This document shows, piece by piece, positions 13,201 through 28,918 of a DNA stretch of 64,000 nt (the stretch's first letter is position 1; every line of letters begins with the position of its first letter). Both the position numbers and the translations under genes were made by a program. The notes under the pieces were generated by a model that worked only from the letters and a program-made list of their open reading frames with translations, did not search any database and had not been told where the DNA came from. Source of the stretch: Octopus bimaculoides (taxonomy: Eukaryota); contig NC_068985.1 of assembly GCF_001194135.2 (NCBI RefSeq), forward strand, positions 54,389,659-54,453,658, given 5' to 3'.

Positions 13201-16149
13201 GCCAGTACCATGTAAAAAAAAAAGAGCCCACTCCATGTTGTAAAATAGTTGGCATTAGGAAGGGCATCCAGCCATAAAAACCATACCAAAGCAGACATTG
13301 GAGCCTGGTATAGTCATTTGGTTTGTCAGTCATGTTAAACCATGCAACCCATACCAGCATGAAAAAGACAGACATTAAATGATGATGATGATGATGATGA
13401 TGATTTATATTCTTGATTAATTAACTGAACTGTTCTGGTAGTATATTTTTCATTACAAATATGATCAGGGGAGAGATATTATACCAATGCCAATCTCAGG
13501 TGCAGAGAGAAAACATAAGGCCATTACGAAATTGCTCAAGTGACTATGCTATCAAGGGTGGACTTAATACTCTCTAAATCAGAAACAGAAATAAAACAGC
13601 CCCACAAAGTAGTTTCCAAATAGCAGTCAGCAAAAATTTCAAACACCCTAACAACTAAGATTACATAGTTTCAAAGAGTTATATAAACTTGAACAGGTAA
13701 TGTTTTGCAATAAAATTTATCAGTTCAAAGTTTAAAAAAGTAAAATATTTTTCTTTGAAAAGCTTTCCAGTAAACAGATGTGGCAAATATAACCAAAATG
13801 AACTGATAACAATCAAATGATAAAGAAACTTAAAAAAAAAAAAGAAAAAAAAGCTATAGCTGTTCTGCTTTTACAAAATTATCAGTTTAGTGTTAGTTTT
13901 TACATGCTGGCATTAGATGAATGATGTAAAAATTGTATTAGTTCAAGATATCACATTTTCTTGAATATTCTCTCAATTTTCTTCTTAAAATACCATGTCT
14001 ATTCATGTATAATATGTACTTTTGGGGGAGGGGGATATACATTACTCACAAAAATAAACATTACCAATTTTCCCCTGGCCCCAAATTCATGGTCATATTT
14101 GGAATGGCATGGCCAAGCTAAGTGACATGTAATAAAAAACCTAAACCACAATGATATTACTTGTTTCTATGATAGTAATAATATATCATAATATTTTATA
14201 AGTATGCTGACATTAGAGACTGTATCAATCAATGTCCAACTCATCAGAACAAAATTTTACAAGTAAATCTTCATATGAAGTAAACAGGAGAATTTTTGAA
14301 GAAAATGTTTTACCAGTTAAAAGAATTCATTTTTTATTAAGCGCTTTGCTCTGAACATAAATTCTGAAGACTATTTTTAAAGAAATACAATAAAAAAGTG
14401 ATGAGTTTTAAAATATCCTGACTTAAATGATATATACTTTGTTCTCTATTGAGAAGACAATCATGTGTGCATCACTCAACAAACTGAATATTGATTTCAA
14501 ATTTTGATACAAGTCCAGTAAGTTCAGGGGAGGGGGTCAGTTGATTACATCAACCTCAGTGCTCAACTGGTACTTATTTTATTAACTCCAAAAGGATGAA
14601 AGATGAAGTTGACCTTGGAGGAATTTGAACTCAGAACGTAAAGATGAATGAAATGCCACAAAGCATTTTGCCCAACATGCTAACGATTCTGCCAACTCAC
14701 TGCCTTGCTCAACAAACTAAATATCAAAATTGATTTTAAAACTATCATTATTAAGATCAAATTCAGTTTCTAGATTTCCAGAAAAAAAGATGATCATGTA
14801 ATTTCAACAAGGTTAACTTTACAACAGGTATATATACAGAGAGAAAGAGAGAGAGTGTGTGCGTGTTTGTTAGTATACGTATTTATCTATACTGTTAAAT
14901 ACACCAGCTATATTATAATAATTATTCATATTTGGTAATTATTTAAATACTAATAATGTTTTATACACTTACTAATTTTTAAATTATATTACCCATATCC
15001 CCTTTTGATTTATCAGAAAATCATTTTTATTTATTATAGTAGTTGTCATTATCGTCTTCCATAGTTTTTAAAAAAAAGTTTAACACTGAGTTCATATATC
15101 CTAAAGTCAAGAAGATATATTAAAATCGAGGTGTATCTAACAATTAAACAATTTCACCTGACAAAGTAGTCCAAATTCTGCATTATCTTCTGTGAACTTT
15201 TCGTATTTCAAATTAATGCAGACATACAAGTAGCTTGTTTATTAAATATGATAATAGAAGCTATTTACATGTTCTGGACTACCAAAACAAACTTGCATTC
15301 ATTATTCAATGTTTATTGCTAAATAAAATTCATCATTTTCCTCCATCATTTATATCTTTACATTCTCCTTATTCATTCCCCATGTATATCAATCAATCAA
15401 TCAATCAATCACATACATACATACATACTTATGGTGTAATGAAGGAAGAGAGAATAACAAAAGGGAGTTCCATCCTTGTTCATTACTCGCTATATTCACC
15501 TCTACCCCCACCTTTAACCATCTGCTACTCTCTCCTTGCCTTCATGTGAAAGTATCCACTCTCTCATCCCCTCCTATGACCCACTGTTTGTATCCCCTCT
15601 TCTGCTCACCCTCTTGTACCTTGAAAGTTTGCTTTAGCAACCCATCATTACCTTCCTTTTATTTCTTTCAACTATGTATCTTCTCTTCAAGACACCTGTG
15701 CTGGTCCCTCTATCATACTTTAGACTTTCAACACTTGGCATAAAGCCACTCACCTCCACCTTCCCTTCTTTAATACTCTCCTCTTTGTAGTGGGAGCTTT
15801 TCTCACCCCTCCCTCCCACCNNNNNNNNNNNNNNNNNNNNNNNNNNNNNNNNNNNNNNNNNNNNNNNNNNNNNNNNNNNNNNNNNNNNNNNNNNNNNNNN
15901 NNNNNNNNNNNNNNNNNNNNNNNNNNNNNNNNNNNNNNNNNNNNNNNNNNNNNNNNNNNNNNNNNNNNNNNNNNNNNNNNNNNNNNNNNNNNNNNNNNNN
16001 NNNNNNNNNNNNNNNNNNNNNNNNNNNNNNNNNNNNNNNNNNNNNNNNNNNNNNNNNNNNNNNNNNNNNNNNNNNNNNNNNNNNNNNNNNNNNNNNNNNN
16101 NNNNNNNNNNNNNNNNNNNNNNNNNNNNNNNNNNNNNNNNNNNNNNNAA

Positions 16150-16620
16150 TCACCCCGAGTCCTACATGTAAAGTTGGACCAATATTACATGCTTCAATGC
16201 ATGAAAAAAATATTACTTGAATATGCACTGCTAAAATTGTTGCAAAAGTGTGATCTGAATGGAAGTCATCAGTCCAATTTTGCTAGACATAGTCAAATGC
16301 TTTGCTGATGTCAAGAGTACTTTGGAAAATGGATAGTTTAGATGAAATTGTAGTGTTTGGTGAGTCAGTTAGGAGATAGAGGCAGATGATGAGGTTAACT
16401 GGTGCAGACTATTCAGAATAGCAAATAATTTGATCTTTGCATCAGCAGGGTTAATGTTGGAATGAAGAGTACCTGTGTATATTGAAGTCACGGAAATCGA
16501 GGACTTCAGAGAAAGGTGAGATGGATGCCCTCAGTGCAGGATGTGAAATAGCTGTGGTAAGTGGAAGAGACAGCAGATAAAAGTAAAGAAATGAGGGAAG
16601 TGAGAGACATTACACCACAA
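16150..16620 (-). mobile_element. CR1/Jockey-group LINE remnant (APE piece joined to RT piece)
   Basis: DFRDFNIH (GDFN-like) and LDISKAFDYV on the minus strand. Confidence 0.55.
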
Positions 16621-18934
16621 TAACTGAAAGTCTTTGTTGTTCATGTGTACAAGAGGTGAGTGGTTGGGTGAGTGGATCTTATGTGCAGATTCTCTACCTT
16701 TCAGAAAAAAGTTGTAAGATAATATAACTGAACTGAAGGGAGGGAGAGAAAGAAAAAAGTATGAAACAAAAGATATGTCTCTGTGAGAGGAATAATATGT
16801 GTGCTTCTCCATAGACATTGCTGTAGAAGAAAAAAATTATCAAACAGAAAAGCTTTTGTTCTTTTAGCAGACTTCTTTGTTCTCTTATAGATAGAAGAAA
16901 AGAGCAGCTCATAGCCTTACAGAAATGATTCAACTCAACTTACATTTGGGTGAGATGATTTACATACTAACACAATCTTTTTTGTTTCTTTTTAAAATTA
17001 AGTACACCAAATAATATCTATATTCTTGAAGTGTAAATGAGTAAAATCTCTTCTATGAAAAAGTAAAAAAAAATAGACGAAAACAAAATGGCATCTATTA
17101 CAAGTAAATTATTATCAAAGAGAACTGATAAATGGAATTTTAATGACACACCAGAGTTGACAGAGTATGGGGTCAGAGAGAGACTCATTACCTATTGGGG
17201 CACAATGGCATATAAACACATAATATTAAGAATACAAAAGACTAAGTTTTTTTTTTTTTTTAATCCAAGCCTCAGTAGTAAGTAAATATAATAACAAAAC
17301 TAACTTGCATAAAAGCAGCTGCAACAATGTCTGACTGCTTGCAGGTGAGCTTTTGTTATTATTTCTCAAGAATCTTCGATGATCAGGAGAGATTGAATGA
17401 TATATATACATATACATAATAATAGGAAGATGCATAAATGCTTGCTGCACTATCTTGTCACAGTGCCAGCATCAGTCCTATATGAAACTAACAGACAATA
17501 AGACCAATTTAGAAATGATTATATTTGTAATAATATAGACATATTCCTACAACATGATGCTGCAATCAAAGACCTGAACGAAGGATTGGGTTACTCATTA
17601 AGTTATTTTTAAACACATCATCTATTGTAGATTAACTTGAGCAACAAAACTTAGAATCAGTAATCAAAATTTATATTCTATTTAGAACTATGGACCCATT
17701 GAATAGATACCATCCTACTGGTATAAAAATCTTGGGTTCACAAAGTATTAGCGAGGTATTTTATTCTACTTGCCTTTATCAGATAGTTTTTCATAGATCA
17801 CCTTGTTGCGATGCACCTAGACATACCATTAATGATGTTTCCAGATCATTAGGCATTTCAGATCTTTCAACAATCAAATACCTTCACCTGAGTAACCTAA
17901 CCATGGTTGATCAAACCTCAACTTGTGTCCAGTTAGTACTATCCTCAGCAGTGCTAACCTTTCCAGGGCCCACAACCCTAATTCATTAAATTGTTAACAG
18001 AAAGAAAAAAAAGTTTGCCTCAATAAATTCAATCTGGTCCATGCAAGCACAGAAAAGTGGACATTGAATGACGGTGGTGACAATGACATCTAAAATACAA
18101 GTGAAGGCAAATTTGTTTGTTTTTTTATCTTTAGATAAGTTGGTCTTCACACAATTATATGCAGTTTCTTTTTTACTGACAGCCTACTTAGAACGATAAT
18201 ATGTCAAAGATTTAATGTTGATGTTAAAACAAAGAATGTAATATATTTTTAAAATCCAATGAGAAACTGTTTCTTTTCTATAATGAAACAGATAAATGAT
18301 ATGTAGACTAAACATTTGGTAATAGGTAAGCCATCAAATGATGTCCTGGTATTTCATTCATTGATAAAATACCATTTCTTTTCTATTCAACCTCTAAACT
18401 CTCATCACCTAGAACAAAGCCACCTCCCTCAATATTACTCACCACTTCAGCAATGAGGTCACCAAGCAAGCTGCTTGGTGACCTCATTGCTTTTGGTACC
18501 ATATAAAAAGCACCCAACACACTCTGTTAAGTGATTAGTGTTAGGAATGGTATCCAGCCATAGAGACTATGCCAAAGTAGACAGCAGAACTTGGAACAGT
18601 CTTCTGACTTGCCAGCTCCTGTGAGACCATCCAATTCATGACATTATAGAAGGAGACCATTAGCTGACAATGAGCAGGATTAGACATTATTTACCATAGA
18701 TAAAATGTCTAAAGCATGCAATCACGACACATACTCAAAAAAGCAGAGATGAGTTGACATTTCAACTATTGGTTTTAGCAAGAGCTATCCCTAAGAGAAC
18801 CAAACCCAAGTCCAATTATTGAAGTGTAATGAATCTAAAGTTGAAAGCAAATATTTATTATTTAAATAATCCATTTAGAATTATTGGCAAATCCAGTAAG
18901 ACATTAATATCTACCAGAAAATAATAGAATTCAA

Positions 18935-19153
18935 CCTTTTAGCATTCAAACCAGCTATATCAGATTGAAATATTCAACCTGTTTTATGTTCAAAGTGGCC
19001 AGATCTGACTCTCACACCTACCCTACAATGTCATTCTAAAGACAAACAATCATATAATTTAAATCTCAAAGCTACAAGATATTGTATGATTAATTAAAAA
19101 CAATGTGAATAAGTAAGTATTACATCTGACAGAATAATATGAATGCTAAAGGG
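18935..19153. mobile_element. piggyBac-type MITE
   Basis: TIRs ccttttagcattca / tgaatgctaaaggg (13/14); flanked by tcaa / ttaa. Confidence 0.65.
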
Positions 19154-22100
19154 TTAAGATATGAATTGAAGATGTGGTGTTATATCACAATGAAATGTCA
19201 GTAATGAAAAGCAGCAAGTAATATCTAAAGAGATGTTTGATGCATATTCTAAATTTGCTATGATAAATATTTTAACAACTGTTAAGAATGCTGGGATAAA
19301 AGGTATTTGAACAGAGAGGAAAAAAGAGAAGGTGATAGGGAAGAAAGGATTAATGGGAAAAAAAAGAGATTTGATGTAAACCAGTATTATAAAGCGATTA
19401 TGGAAAATCTGAAATAAGACATTTCAGATTCAACTAAGTCTTATTTATTTAATAAATAAATAACATCAGGCATGGCACTGTGGTGAGAAGCTTACTTCTT
19501 AACCACATGGTCTTGGGCTCAGCCCCATTGTGTGACACTTTAGGCAAGTGCCTTCTACTACAGCCCCAATCTAACCAAAACCTTGGTGAAGGGAATCTGA
19601 AAAAAGCCTGCATTGTGTACATATGTATGAATATTTGCGTGTGTCTGCATGCATATGTGTTACTGTCTCCTTGCCTTGACTTTGCATGATAGCTGTAAAG
19701 TGTCACCATCATGTAAGCAGTGTTTTTCATTTCCAATCTGCTGTGAAAACATGTTTGGTCATGGGGAAATATTACCTTATTTGGAAATAAATGAAGGGTA
19801 TCCAGTGTAGAAAATTTACCTCGACAGATTCCATCTGACCCATGCAACCATGGAAAAGTGGACATTAAAATGATGGTGATAATGGTGTGAAACAAAAAGA
19901 CTGAACAAGGTGCTTCATATTGGTTCATTGGTTCACCACTCTACTGTATTCTCTATTCTTTTTTGCTTTGCAACCAAACCAAGTTTAACAAAGTGTTCAG
20001 TGCTTCTCCAGAATATGAGAGAATAGTGGTAAAATAGATAAATGAATATAGTATTCACTAACAACTCATTATCTTGAGTTCAATTTCACTGCTGGCCTTC
20101 AACAAGTCTTAGATCACCAAGCTGTAAAGAACAGGTGATACCAGACCAACTGGTAACATCACTAATACAGAATAGAGTCTTATCCAGATGCAAATCTTAT
20201 TCACTTAATGCCATAAAACAAGAAGGAAGCACTATCCTTTAAAACCCCTTCTGGTTTCTGAAGGCCTTTTTAAATAGAAACAATGATAGCTCACAGCCTT
20301 TCTTTCAAGAGGCCTAAAATGCATTTATTTGGAGTCTCATCATAACAACCAACACTTCATCATCAAAGCCAAACTAATATTTCTAGTATAGGGAAATATC
20401 TTAGCATAACTGATTAATAGCTAGTTTAGCTGACAGGATGCCAAAATTACTAGCAGAAACTTCACCATTCATATCACACCACTAGAACTACTGTGAGTAT
20501 CTGGTTAGGCTCCTCCTAGTTACAAATATATACCATGAAGAAATACAATTCATCAGTATGAATATAAAAGCACTACACAACCCATGACTATTTTTGTAAC
20601 ATATGTTACACAAATCCTCCCAAGAGAGAAATGAGCATTATCAGGCTATATATACTAAATCATCATCATGATTTTTAACATCCACTTGCATGGATCAGAC
20701 AGGATTTATTGAAGTAGATTTTCTATGGATAGATACCTTTCCTGTCACCAACCCTCATTTGTTGCCAAGGTAATGTTTTCCTAAGGCCAGACATGTTTTT
20801 TTGTGGAAGAATGTAAATAAACAACACTCATTTACTATCATCATATATGCACAATGAGCATATTTAGTTTCCATCTAACCAAATCCACTCACAAGTTTTT
20901 GGTCAGCCTAGGACATTAGTCCAAAGTGCTACACAATCAGACTGAATCTGAAACCACAATGATTGGAGAACAAGTTTCTTAACATAACCATGCCTGTGAT
21001 TACATAACGATAAAATCTTTCAACAGTGAGTGAAGCAATAACTCAATAAGATCTCAGATAGAAATCCTTAGCATTCTTGCGACATGTGAAAGAATATTCT
21101 ATTGAGTCATTTTTAAGCAGCTTCTCTGATATCAAATTTTCTTCCAACTATTGTTTTTGTTTTGTTTTGTTTTTTGTGTGAGGGTGGGTATTTTTGTATA
21201 TAACTTGGATTGAATGGCTTAATAAACAATCATTGCAAATGTCAACAGCTCATGGCACCAATTTACATAAGTTATAGTTGATGGTGAAGAATGGAAGAAT
21301 GAGCTAAATCTAAATACACATCATAAGGCTAACTTTGAACTCAATCACCCAACCAGACTACACAACTCTAACAACTACAAATTCACAACTTTAACAACTA
21401 TAAAATCATAAAACAGTTATCTTTAAGAATATCATTATTGATTTTAAAAAATCTAATGGAAAACCCAAAATGATAGGGAAAAGGAAAATGGTTTTCTTGG
21501 AAATATAAGATGGGTTTAGTTTCTAGTAAGAATTGTCATTTTAAGAGATAGAATTTTGACAAAAATGAAAATTATAAAATTATAACATGTTATTTTCCTA
21601 CTTCATCATCATCATTGTTTTTATGTTTGCTTTCTTTTTTCCATGCTGACATGGGTTGAACAGAATTTTTTGAGACAGCATCCCACAGTTGGATGCCCTG
21701 CCTAATGGCAACTCTTACTAGGTTACTGGACCACTAAAAAGGAAAATATATTGGTTATGCAGAACATGAGCAAACATCACCACTACCCATAAAGTATCAA
21801 TGCAAAAAAGACACACACACATAACAACAGGCTTCCAAATAATATCCTCTCAACCAAATTTCACTCACAACTGGAGGCTATAGAATACTTAACATGTGGT
21901 CAAAATACCAAGTAGTGGGATTGAACCTGAAACCATGTGTTTGGAAAGTGAACTTAATTAATCACACAGCCGTACCTGCACCTATTTACTATTAACCACT
22001 TAGGAGTAACAACAGTAGATGATCTCTATTATTACTATTTAAGAAGCAACAGAATTGTGAAAAATGATGACTCCAGATTTCACAATTTTTCTATCCAATC

Positions 22101-22248
22101 AATAGTTGCAAGTAGCTTGACTCAGGTTTAACTTCAACTCTATGTGTATGAGTCTGCCTTGTACACATTCCCCTTCCAACTCACATCACTCAATATTTCC
22201 CTAGTGACATATATAAGCTTGGAAAAGCGTACATTTGATAACTGATGC

Positions 22249-22279
<31 letters not shown>

Positions 22280-23567
22280 TGTAGAATGACATCATATAGA
22301 ATGTAGTCAATTATTTCTTACATAAGACCATTTACTTGCTTCTGCTACTGGACAGCGGACATGCTGGAGCACTGCCTTGAGGAGTGTAGTCAAACGAATA
22401 ACTTCTAGTACTTATTTTTTAAGTATGGTATTTATTCTATCAGTCTCTTTTGCTGAACAGCTGGGTCATGGGAATGTAAACAAACCAACAACAGTTGTAA
22501 ATCAATGGTGGGGAAGGACAAATACACAAACATACACACACACCAGGCTTCCACGCAGTTTCTGTCTACTGCATTCTCTCACAAGGCATTAGATGATCTA
22601 GGAATATAGTAGAAGACACTTGCCCAAGGTGCTGTGTAGTGTACTTAAACTGAAACCACATGGCTCTAAGTGAATTTCTTAACCACACAGCCATGTCCGC
22701 CTCTTTATAACACTTTTTAATATCATATTTGCCAAGACAGTGAGCTGGCAGAATTGTTAACATGCCAGGCAAAATGCTTAGCATTCTGAGATCAAATTCT
22801 GACACGGTCAACTTTGCCTTTCATCCCTTTTGGGGGCCAATAAAATAAGTACCAGTTGAGCACTGGGGTCAATGTCATCAACTTAACCTCCCCCTTGTGC
22901 CAAAATTTGAAATCAATATTATATTTGCCTTTCATATGGATTACAAAACATTCTCCTTTAATTCCATAATATTCTATGATTATATATCCCGAACACATTT
23001 TCAGATTATTGCATTGGTTATATACATGATGGAGAAATGAAAGTTTGGATTGAATAATAAAACACATAACACTTGTAGCTAAAAGATTATTAGGAAGAGT
23101 AAACAAAAAGCAATTTGAGAGTAAAATACAGAACAACATTAACGAAAGAATGATAATTAAAGCAATAAAGTAAGAAAGAACGGAAGTTGAAACTTAACAG
23201 AATTATCAGAATTCCTTTCAGAACAGTAGAATAATAAGTGTCTGAGAAACAGTGTAGGCACAGGCATTGTTGTGTAGTTAAGAAGTTTGCTTTCCAACCA
23301 CAAGGTTTTGGGGTCAGTCTCAAGTTGACTAATGCCTTGTAAGTAGAAATGGCAGAGCATCATGTTTGTGCAAGTGCACGTGTGTGTGTGTGTGTGTAAT
23401 TACATACATGTTAATATTGAACAATGAGAATGAATACTCAACACTGCACTGGTGGCTAAAACATCTTTATTCATGGGTTAAGGCTACCAACTATCAAGCC
23501 TGCAACATGTAGTAGGTATGAAAATTATTATGGAATTTCTCTCTTAACATAAAACCAAATATATATA

Positions 23568-23614
<47 letters not shown>

Positions 23615-23925
23615 NNNNNNNNNNCCCACTACACTCTCGGAGTGGTTGGCGTTGGGAAGGGCATCCAGCTGTAGAAACTCTGCCAAATCAGATTAGAGCC
23701 TGGTGCAGCCATTCGGTTCACCAGTCCTCAGTCAAATCGTCCAACCCATGCTAGCATGGGAAGCGGACGTTAAACGATGATGATGATGATGATGATGATG
23801 TGTGTATGTATATGTGCGTGTGTGCACATGTTTGTGTGTGTATCTGCATAAGTGTTATAGTAATATAACATGGTTCCCAAAACAAATGATATTATTCCTT
23901 GGGAAAGGGCAACAGACTGCTTTAA

Positions 23926-24156
23926 CCCGTTTGTTTACCATATTTCTGTTGAAATACACTACCTTTGTTTCAATTAATTTTTAAAATAATTAAATAAGGA
24001 AGAATTTAGTAAAATAACATTGCCATTATTAAGCTGGTGTTTGGAGCATAAATTAACATGAAATTTTGATGGTAAGTTTTAATTTAGATCACTTTAAAAC
24101 AGAAAGTATGCATCAAAGAACCAGGAGTTATCTCAGGCAGGTTGATATCAAAAAGG
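23926..24156. mobile_element. piggyBac-type MITE (second family)
   Basis: TTAA on both sides; degenerate TIRs cccgtttgtttacc / gatatcaaaaagg. Confidence 0.5.
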
Positions 24157-24959
24157 TTAAATAAATAGCAATATTTCAAATATAAAGACAATGTAATTAG
24201 TAAAAGCAATTTAGGAGAAAGGACAGCAGACATTGTTTTCTTGCAACATATCTAGGACAGGATTCCTAACATTTGTTTTCTATTTACCCAGTGGCAACTT
24301 CTTGGAAGTAAATTTACCCCCATTCACTTTTTTATTCAATAAATTGTGTTTACATTTTCAACCATAATAAAACAATTGACAAAAAGGAAATTTAAAATTC
24401 TGTTTTTACAAATTATTTTAAAGATCTAATAACAATGACAGTAAAATAGCACAATGTTATTTCACTCATTGCACCTAATGAATAGATAACAGAACCAAAC
24501 ACAGTTGTCTTCTAAATTAGACTACATCAGTAACACAGTTATTAAGATGTATACAAGTTGTTAAATCCAAAGTGATAGAAAAAATTAGTATTTTTTTTTC
24601 ACAATAGAGGCCTACTTTAAATTTTCTTTTCAACTTCAGATTTTGTAAAAAAAAAAATTCAATTGAAAAAACTATGTACAAATTCAGAATGGCAAATTTA
24701 TTCACAGGATAGGCTAAATTTACCATTTCAGAGTAAATTCACCTTGGTTTAGAAACTCTGATGTGAGGAAAGTTGGCTTGTGAAACATTCTCAGTCTCTT
24801 AGCTATACTTATAGACAACATGGGAAAACTTCAAGCAAATGACAAGGCAATCTCACTAGTGCTGCTACCATGACAAAGTAACCCTGTATACTCTGTAAAG
24901 TGATTGACAAATGAATGAACACAATGTGGGCTCAAGAGGCCTCCTTAGTTTTGGCAAGG

Positions 24960-26200
24960 GAATGACAATCTCCTTAGTGCTTAGTGCCAAATGCACCCAG
25001 ATTGTGCCAGACCTTTGGAAACATGCTACATTATATTACATTCTTAGACAAGAATATCCTCTGACCCTTCCAACTATAATCCTATCACACTCACTCCAAC
25101 ATCTGACAGAGGCAACCATTAACACCAACCTTCTCCAACCCTTAAATTTACTCCATAATTGACTACCAGTACTGCTTTTGTAAAGTCAGATCTACTAGAG
25201 ACCTACTTTCTGATGACACTCACCAGGAGTCTCTCACCCTCTAGAAATTTTGTGAAAGGTCTAACACAAACCTTCTGGTTCACTTGTGGACTTCATCCAT
25301 TTCTTATCCATCAAATCAGCAACTTCCTGTCAGACTGTGCTATCATGGTGTGCACTAACAGAGCTCTAACTCACTACACTTTCAACTCTAGTGTTCCTCA
25401 AGATTTAGTTCTGCACCCTCACACTCTTTGTCCGATACATCAACGACTTACTTGCAATGACCAGCAACAACATTCATCCCTACACAGAAGATATCATCTT
25501 CCAATTCTCCCTAACATTCTGCACACAACTGTCATCCACATGCAAGCTAGACACATCATACCAAATCTGCTTTAGTTCAAAACATCTCCTGATGGAGTCA
25601 TGCCAATTATGTCTCCTTCAACAATATAAAAAGACAACTACATATATCAAAACATCACACAACCACTCCAAAACATGAGCATGCAGCTAGAATCCACTCA
25701 GCTTTTTCTACAAATGCTGGACCTCATCATCACTAATGATTTCTCTAGGCAAACACACATCCTTGACACAGCAAAGGTTGGCCCTCCTTTTGGTCCCTAG
25801 CAATTACTAACTTTTTATAAAGCTTAGGTGACATTAACAATGGAATACTGCTTCCACATCTTAAATGATGCAACACACAATTATCTTCAACCACACCCAA
25901 AAGTTAGCCATTTAATTGGCCTAAAGTGACACACAGACATTCCAACCTCTGGCCTACAGATATGCTATTCCCTCTTTCTACCTTTCCTATCACCACTACA
26001 ACTATAATGACCTCTGCTCTTCACAACTGACTGGTCACATGCTACTTCCTCTTAGGCATTCTCAACTCACTCAAGTCTCTTCTCATCAAATATAATGTGT
26101 CCAACGGCCCAGGACCTGCACTAACCACTACATTCAGTCCATTCTTCTGATAAAGTCCACCTGGAATTCTCTTCCCTTTTCCTGTAGCCATTGACTAACT
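24960..26200 (+). mobile_element. Decayed CR1/Jockey/L2-group LINE, RT and 3' end
   Basis: DYQYCFCKVRSTRDLL (QYGFR-like), ISNFLSD..NSSVPQDLVL (GVPQG-like), YTEDII (YADD-like). Confidence 0.75.
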
Positions 26201-28175
26201 ACTTGTACAAGAGTTACGGTAACCTCATTAATCTGCAAAGACCATGAATAGGGCAAAGTCCCTTCCTTCAAACTGAAATGAATATAAACAACCAATAAGA
26301 AAAAAATCTCACAATTATATGCTTGAGTTTCACGTCAACAATACCCTACAGATATGTCATTTACAAGAACCGTCAACTTAATAACCCATAGCAAACATTA
26401 ATTTACAATGATGAATACTTTACACAGAAAATTTTTATTCTGATAATATAAATATCATCAGCGTCATCATGACCACTTTTCTGTGCTTGCCTGGCTCAGA
26501 TGGAATATTTTGAAGAAGGTTTCCTACAGCCAGATGCTCTTCCTGTCACCAACCATCTCCTGTTTCAAAAACAGGTAATGATTATCACATTGCTTGTATG
26601 ATGACAATGCTCATTTGCAACCATTACATGATATCAAGACATAGCGTGCAATACGTTCTCAAACAACTAATCTGAATGTGCTCTGGAGTCTACCCTCTTT
26701 CTATAAATGGGCGTAACAAATCATCTATGAGGAGATGGGTGAACGATTTTCATGAAGGTGAGCCATGTTATTTTCCTGCCATTATTCACTCGAACAAAAT
26801 TAATATAACGGAGCACATGTAGACAGCCCGAGCTGAATTATGCAAACGATGGATGAACCAAAAAATCAGAATTCGTGATGCTTTTATTTTATCCACTGTA
26901 TCATTTAACGAAGGAATAAAGTCTTGCTGTTAATTTTTAAAGTTCGTTTCTTGTATTATTTCCATAAGTGAACACGCAACATATATTATATAATGGTATG
27001 CAAGATTCTGTATTTGTAGTAAACCAAGGGAGACTTTATACAGCGCCGTAAAACCTATATACAAATAGAATTTGTAAATTTCTTTAGTCATCCTTCTTCC
27101 ACTTTGCAGGACTTTTTTCACTAATAAAGTATCTTAATACAAGACGCAAACACACAAATTGTATATGTTGTTTTACTGGTTTTTGCTTTCATATAACCAT
27201 GATTAATGTTAAAAGAAAAAAATAAACAAAAAATATTTTGGAAATGATTTACTGCTATCAATCAGATAATTAAATATAACTTCCAAAACGATGAGTTACA
27301 GAGAGAAAATATTGTACCCATAAAACACTAAACTGATAAGTTTTTGTTATTGAGTTTAGAGTCGTTGTCCAAAGTTTAAAACTGGTAGTTAAAAAGAAAA
27401 GTAAGATAAAGGCTATCTACAATAGAGTTTATCAATAAGAACTAATTATTTACTGTAAAGAAAACTTTATTAACTATTAAGTTAATATTTAGCAACCTAT
27501 AATAATAGCAATACATTAATTCCTTAATTAGGTCAATACATTTAACATATTTGAAATTGTATTAAAGAATATTCGGTTTCTTCTTTTGAGTCAAATATTA
27601 CTAAAGACCCTAAACAATTCTTAATCCTTTACAAAATACTTGGAGCTAGAGCTTTGCTTCTCCACCTAGGCCAGGGGTCAGTGAACCGGGATAAATTGCC
27701 CTAAGTGGGATAAAAATGAAATTCATAAGGGAAATGAGGACTCATGAGACATAAGTAAAATTATTTTAAAAACGTGTTCCTTGTTACAGCAGAAATTTTT
27801 CTTCTGGCATGAGGAAGCAGTCAAAATGTTGCTAACCATTTGCAACAACCTACCTTTGCAAACAAGGATTTTCCCACTCTAATGAACATAAAAACAAAGA
27901 GTAACTGATTCGGCCCCGAAAACTGTATTCAAACTGCTCTGACATTAAAATGCCCAAATTTTGATGTAATTGTAACAAAAATGAAACATCATTTCTCCAA
28001 AACCTGACGTGAATAAGTTTCTAGAAGGATCCTTGTTTCATAATGAGGATATTTATTTTATCGCATTTGTTTTATATATTTTTTTTTCATATCTATAATT
28101 CTATTCTCCATATAGATTCAATAGACCTTTTGAATTCAAACAATCTATGATTTTCTTCCTTTCAAATCAAGGAGA

Positions 28176-28654
28176 GGGTCTTTCTGATTTGGCAGACACC
28201 ATTTTTTATTTAGTGTGTTTTCTACCGAAACACATTCAAACTTCGTATACTTGTATATCTTGGGCAAAAATACTCATAACCCTAACCCTAAAACCCGAAC
28301 CCTAAAACTAAAACCAGTACAAACGCACGAACGATGTCATAAATAATAGTACCGTTGATAGTTGTTGTTGACAAACAACGGCACTAATTTTATTCAAGGG
28401 AAAAGATCCCATTACACCGCCACAACGTATTGTTGACGAACCACAGCAGTAACTGTTTTCATCTCAATAGACGTCAGTGATTGGTTGAAATTACCGAAAT
28501 ACGACAACTTTAACACGAAATAACTTTTAAAATATAAACTTTTCTCAACAACACTAAGAGTAAAAGATGTTTTATATGACACATTCTACCAGTGTCCCAA
28601 GTTTGAAAGTGTTTCGTTAGAAAACAAATGGTGTCCGCTAAATCAGAATGATCC
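28176..28654. mobile_element. Non-autonomous DNA transposon, Merlin-like
   Basis: 29-bp TIRs starting GG (25/29 identical); 8-bp TSD caaggaga / caaggagg; internal CCCTAA-like run. Confidence 0.7.
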
Positions 28655-28760
28655 CAAGGAGGTAACGTCGGCGTAAATATATATATTTTGGGGTAATTAG
28701 TTAAAATGTTCCAACCCTTGACCCAAGCTGATCACTGATACAAAAATTCATTACAAAGAA

Positions 28761-28813
<53 letters not shown>

Positions 28814-28918
28814 CCCCTGCAATTTAATTCATAACCCACTGTTGATTTGTATGTCCGCTCTCCTATAATAACTATTGCAATGGCTCTCACAATATCTAAA
28901 CTATTCAATGCAAATCAC

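Noticed and set aside
19449-19928. 159-aa minus-strand ORF
   Set aside because: Lies entirely across a SINE and an RTE-tail repeat.
26640-27120. MRRWVNDFHE resembling a mariner HTH
   Set aside because: No TIRs and no catalytic motifs; CpG content is explained by promoter proximity.
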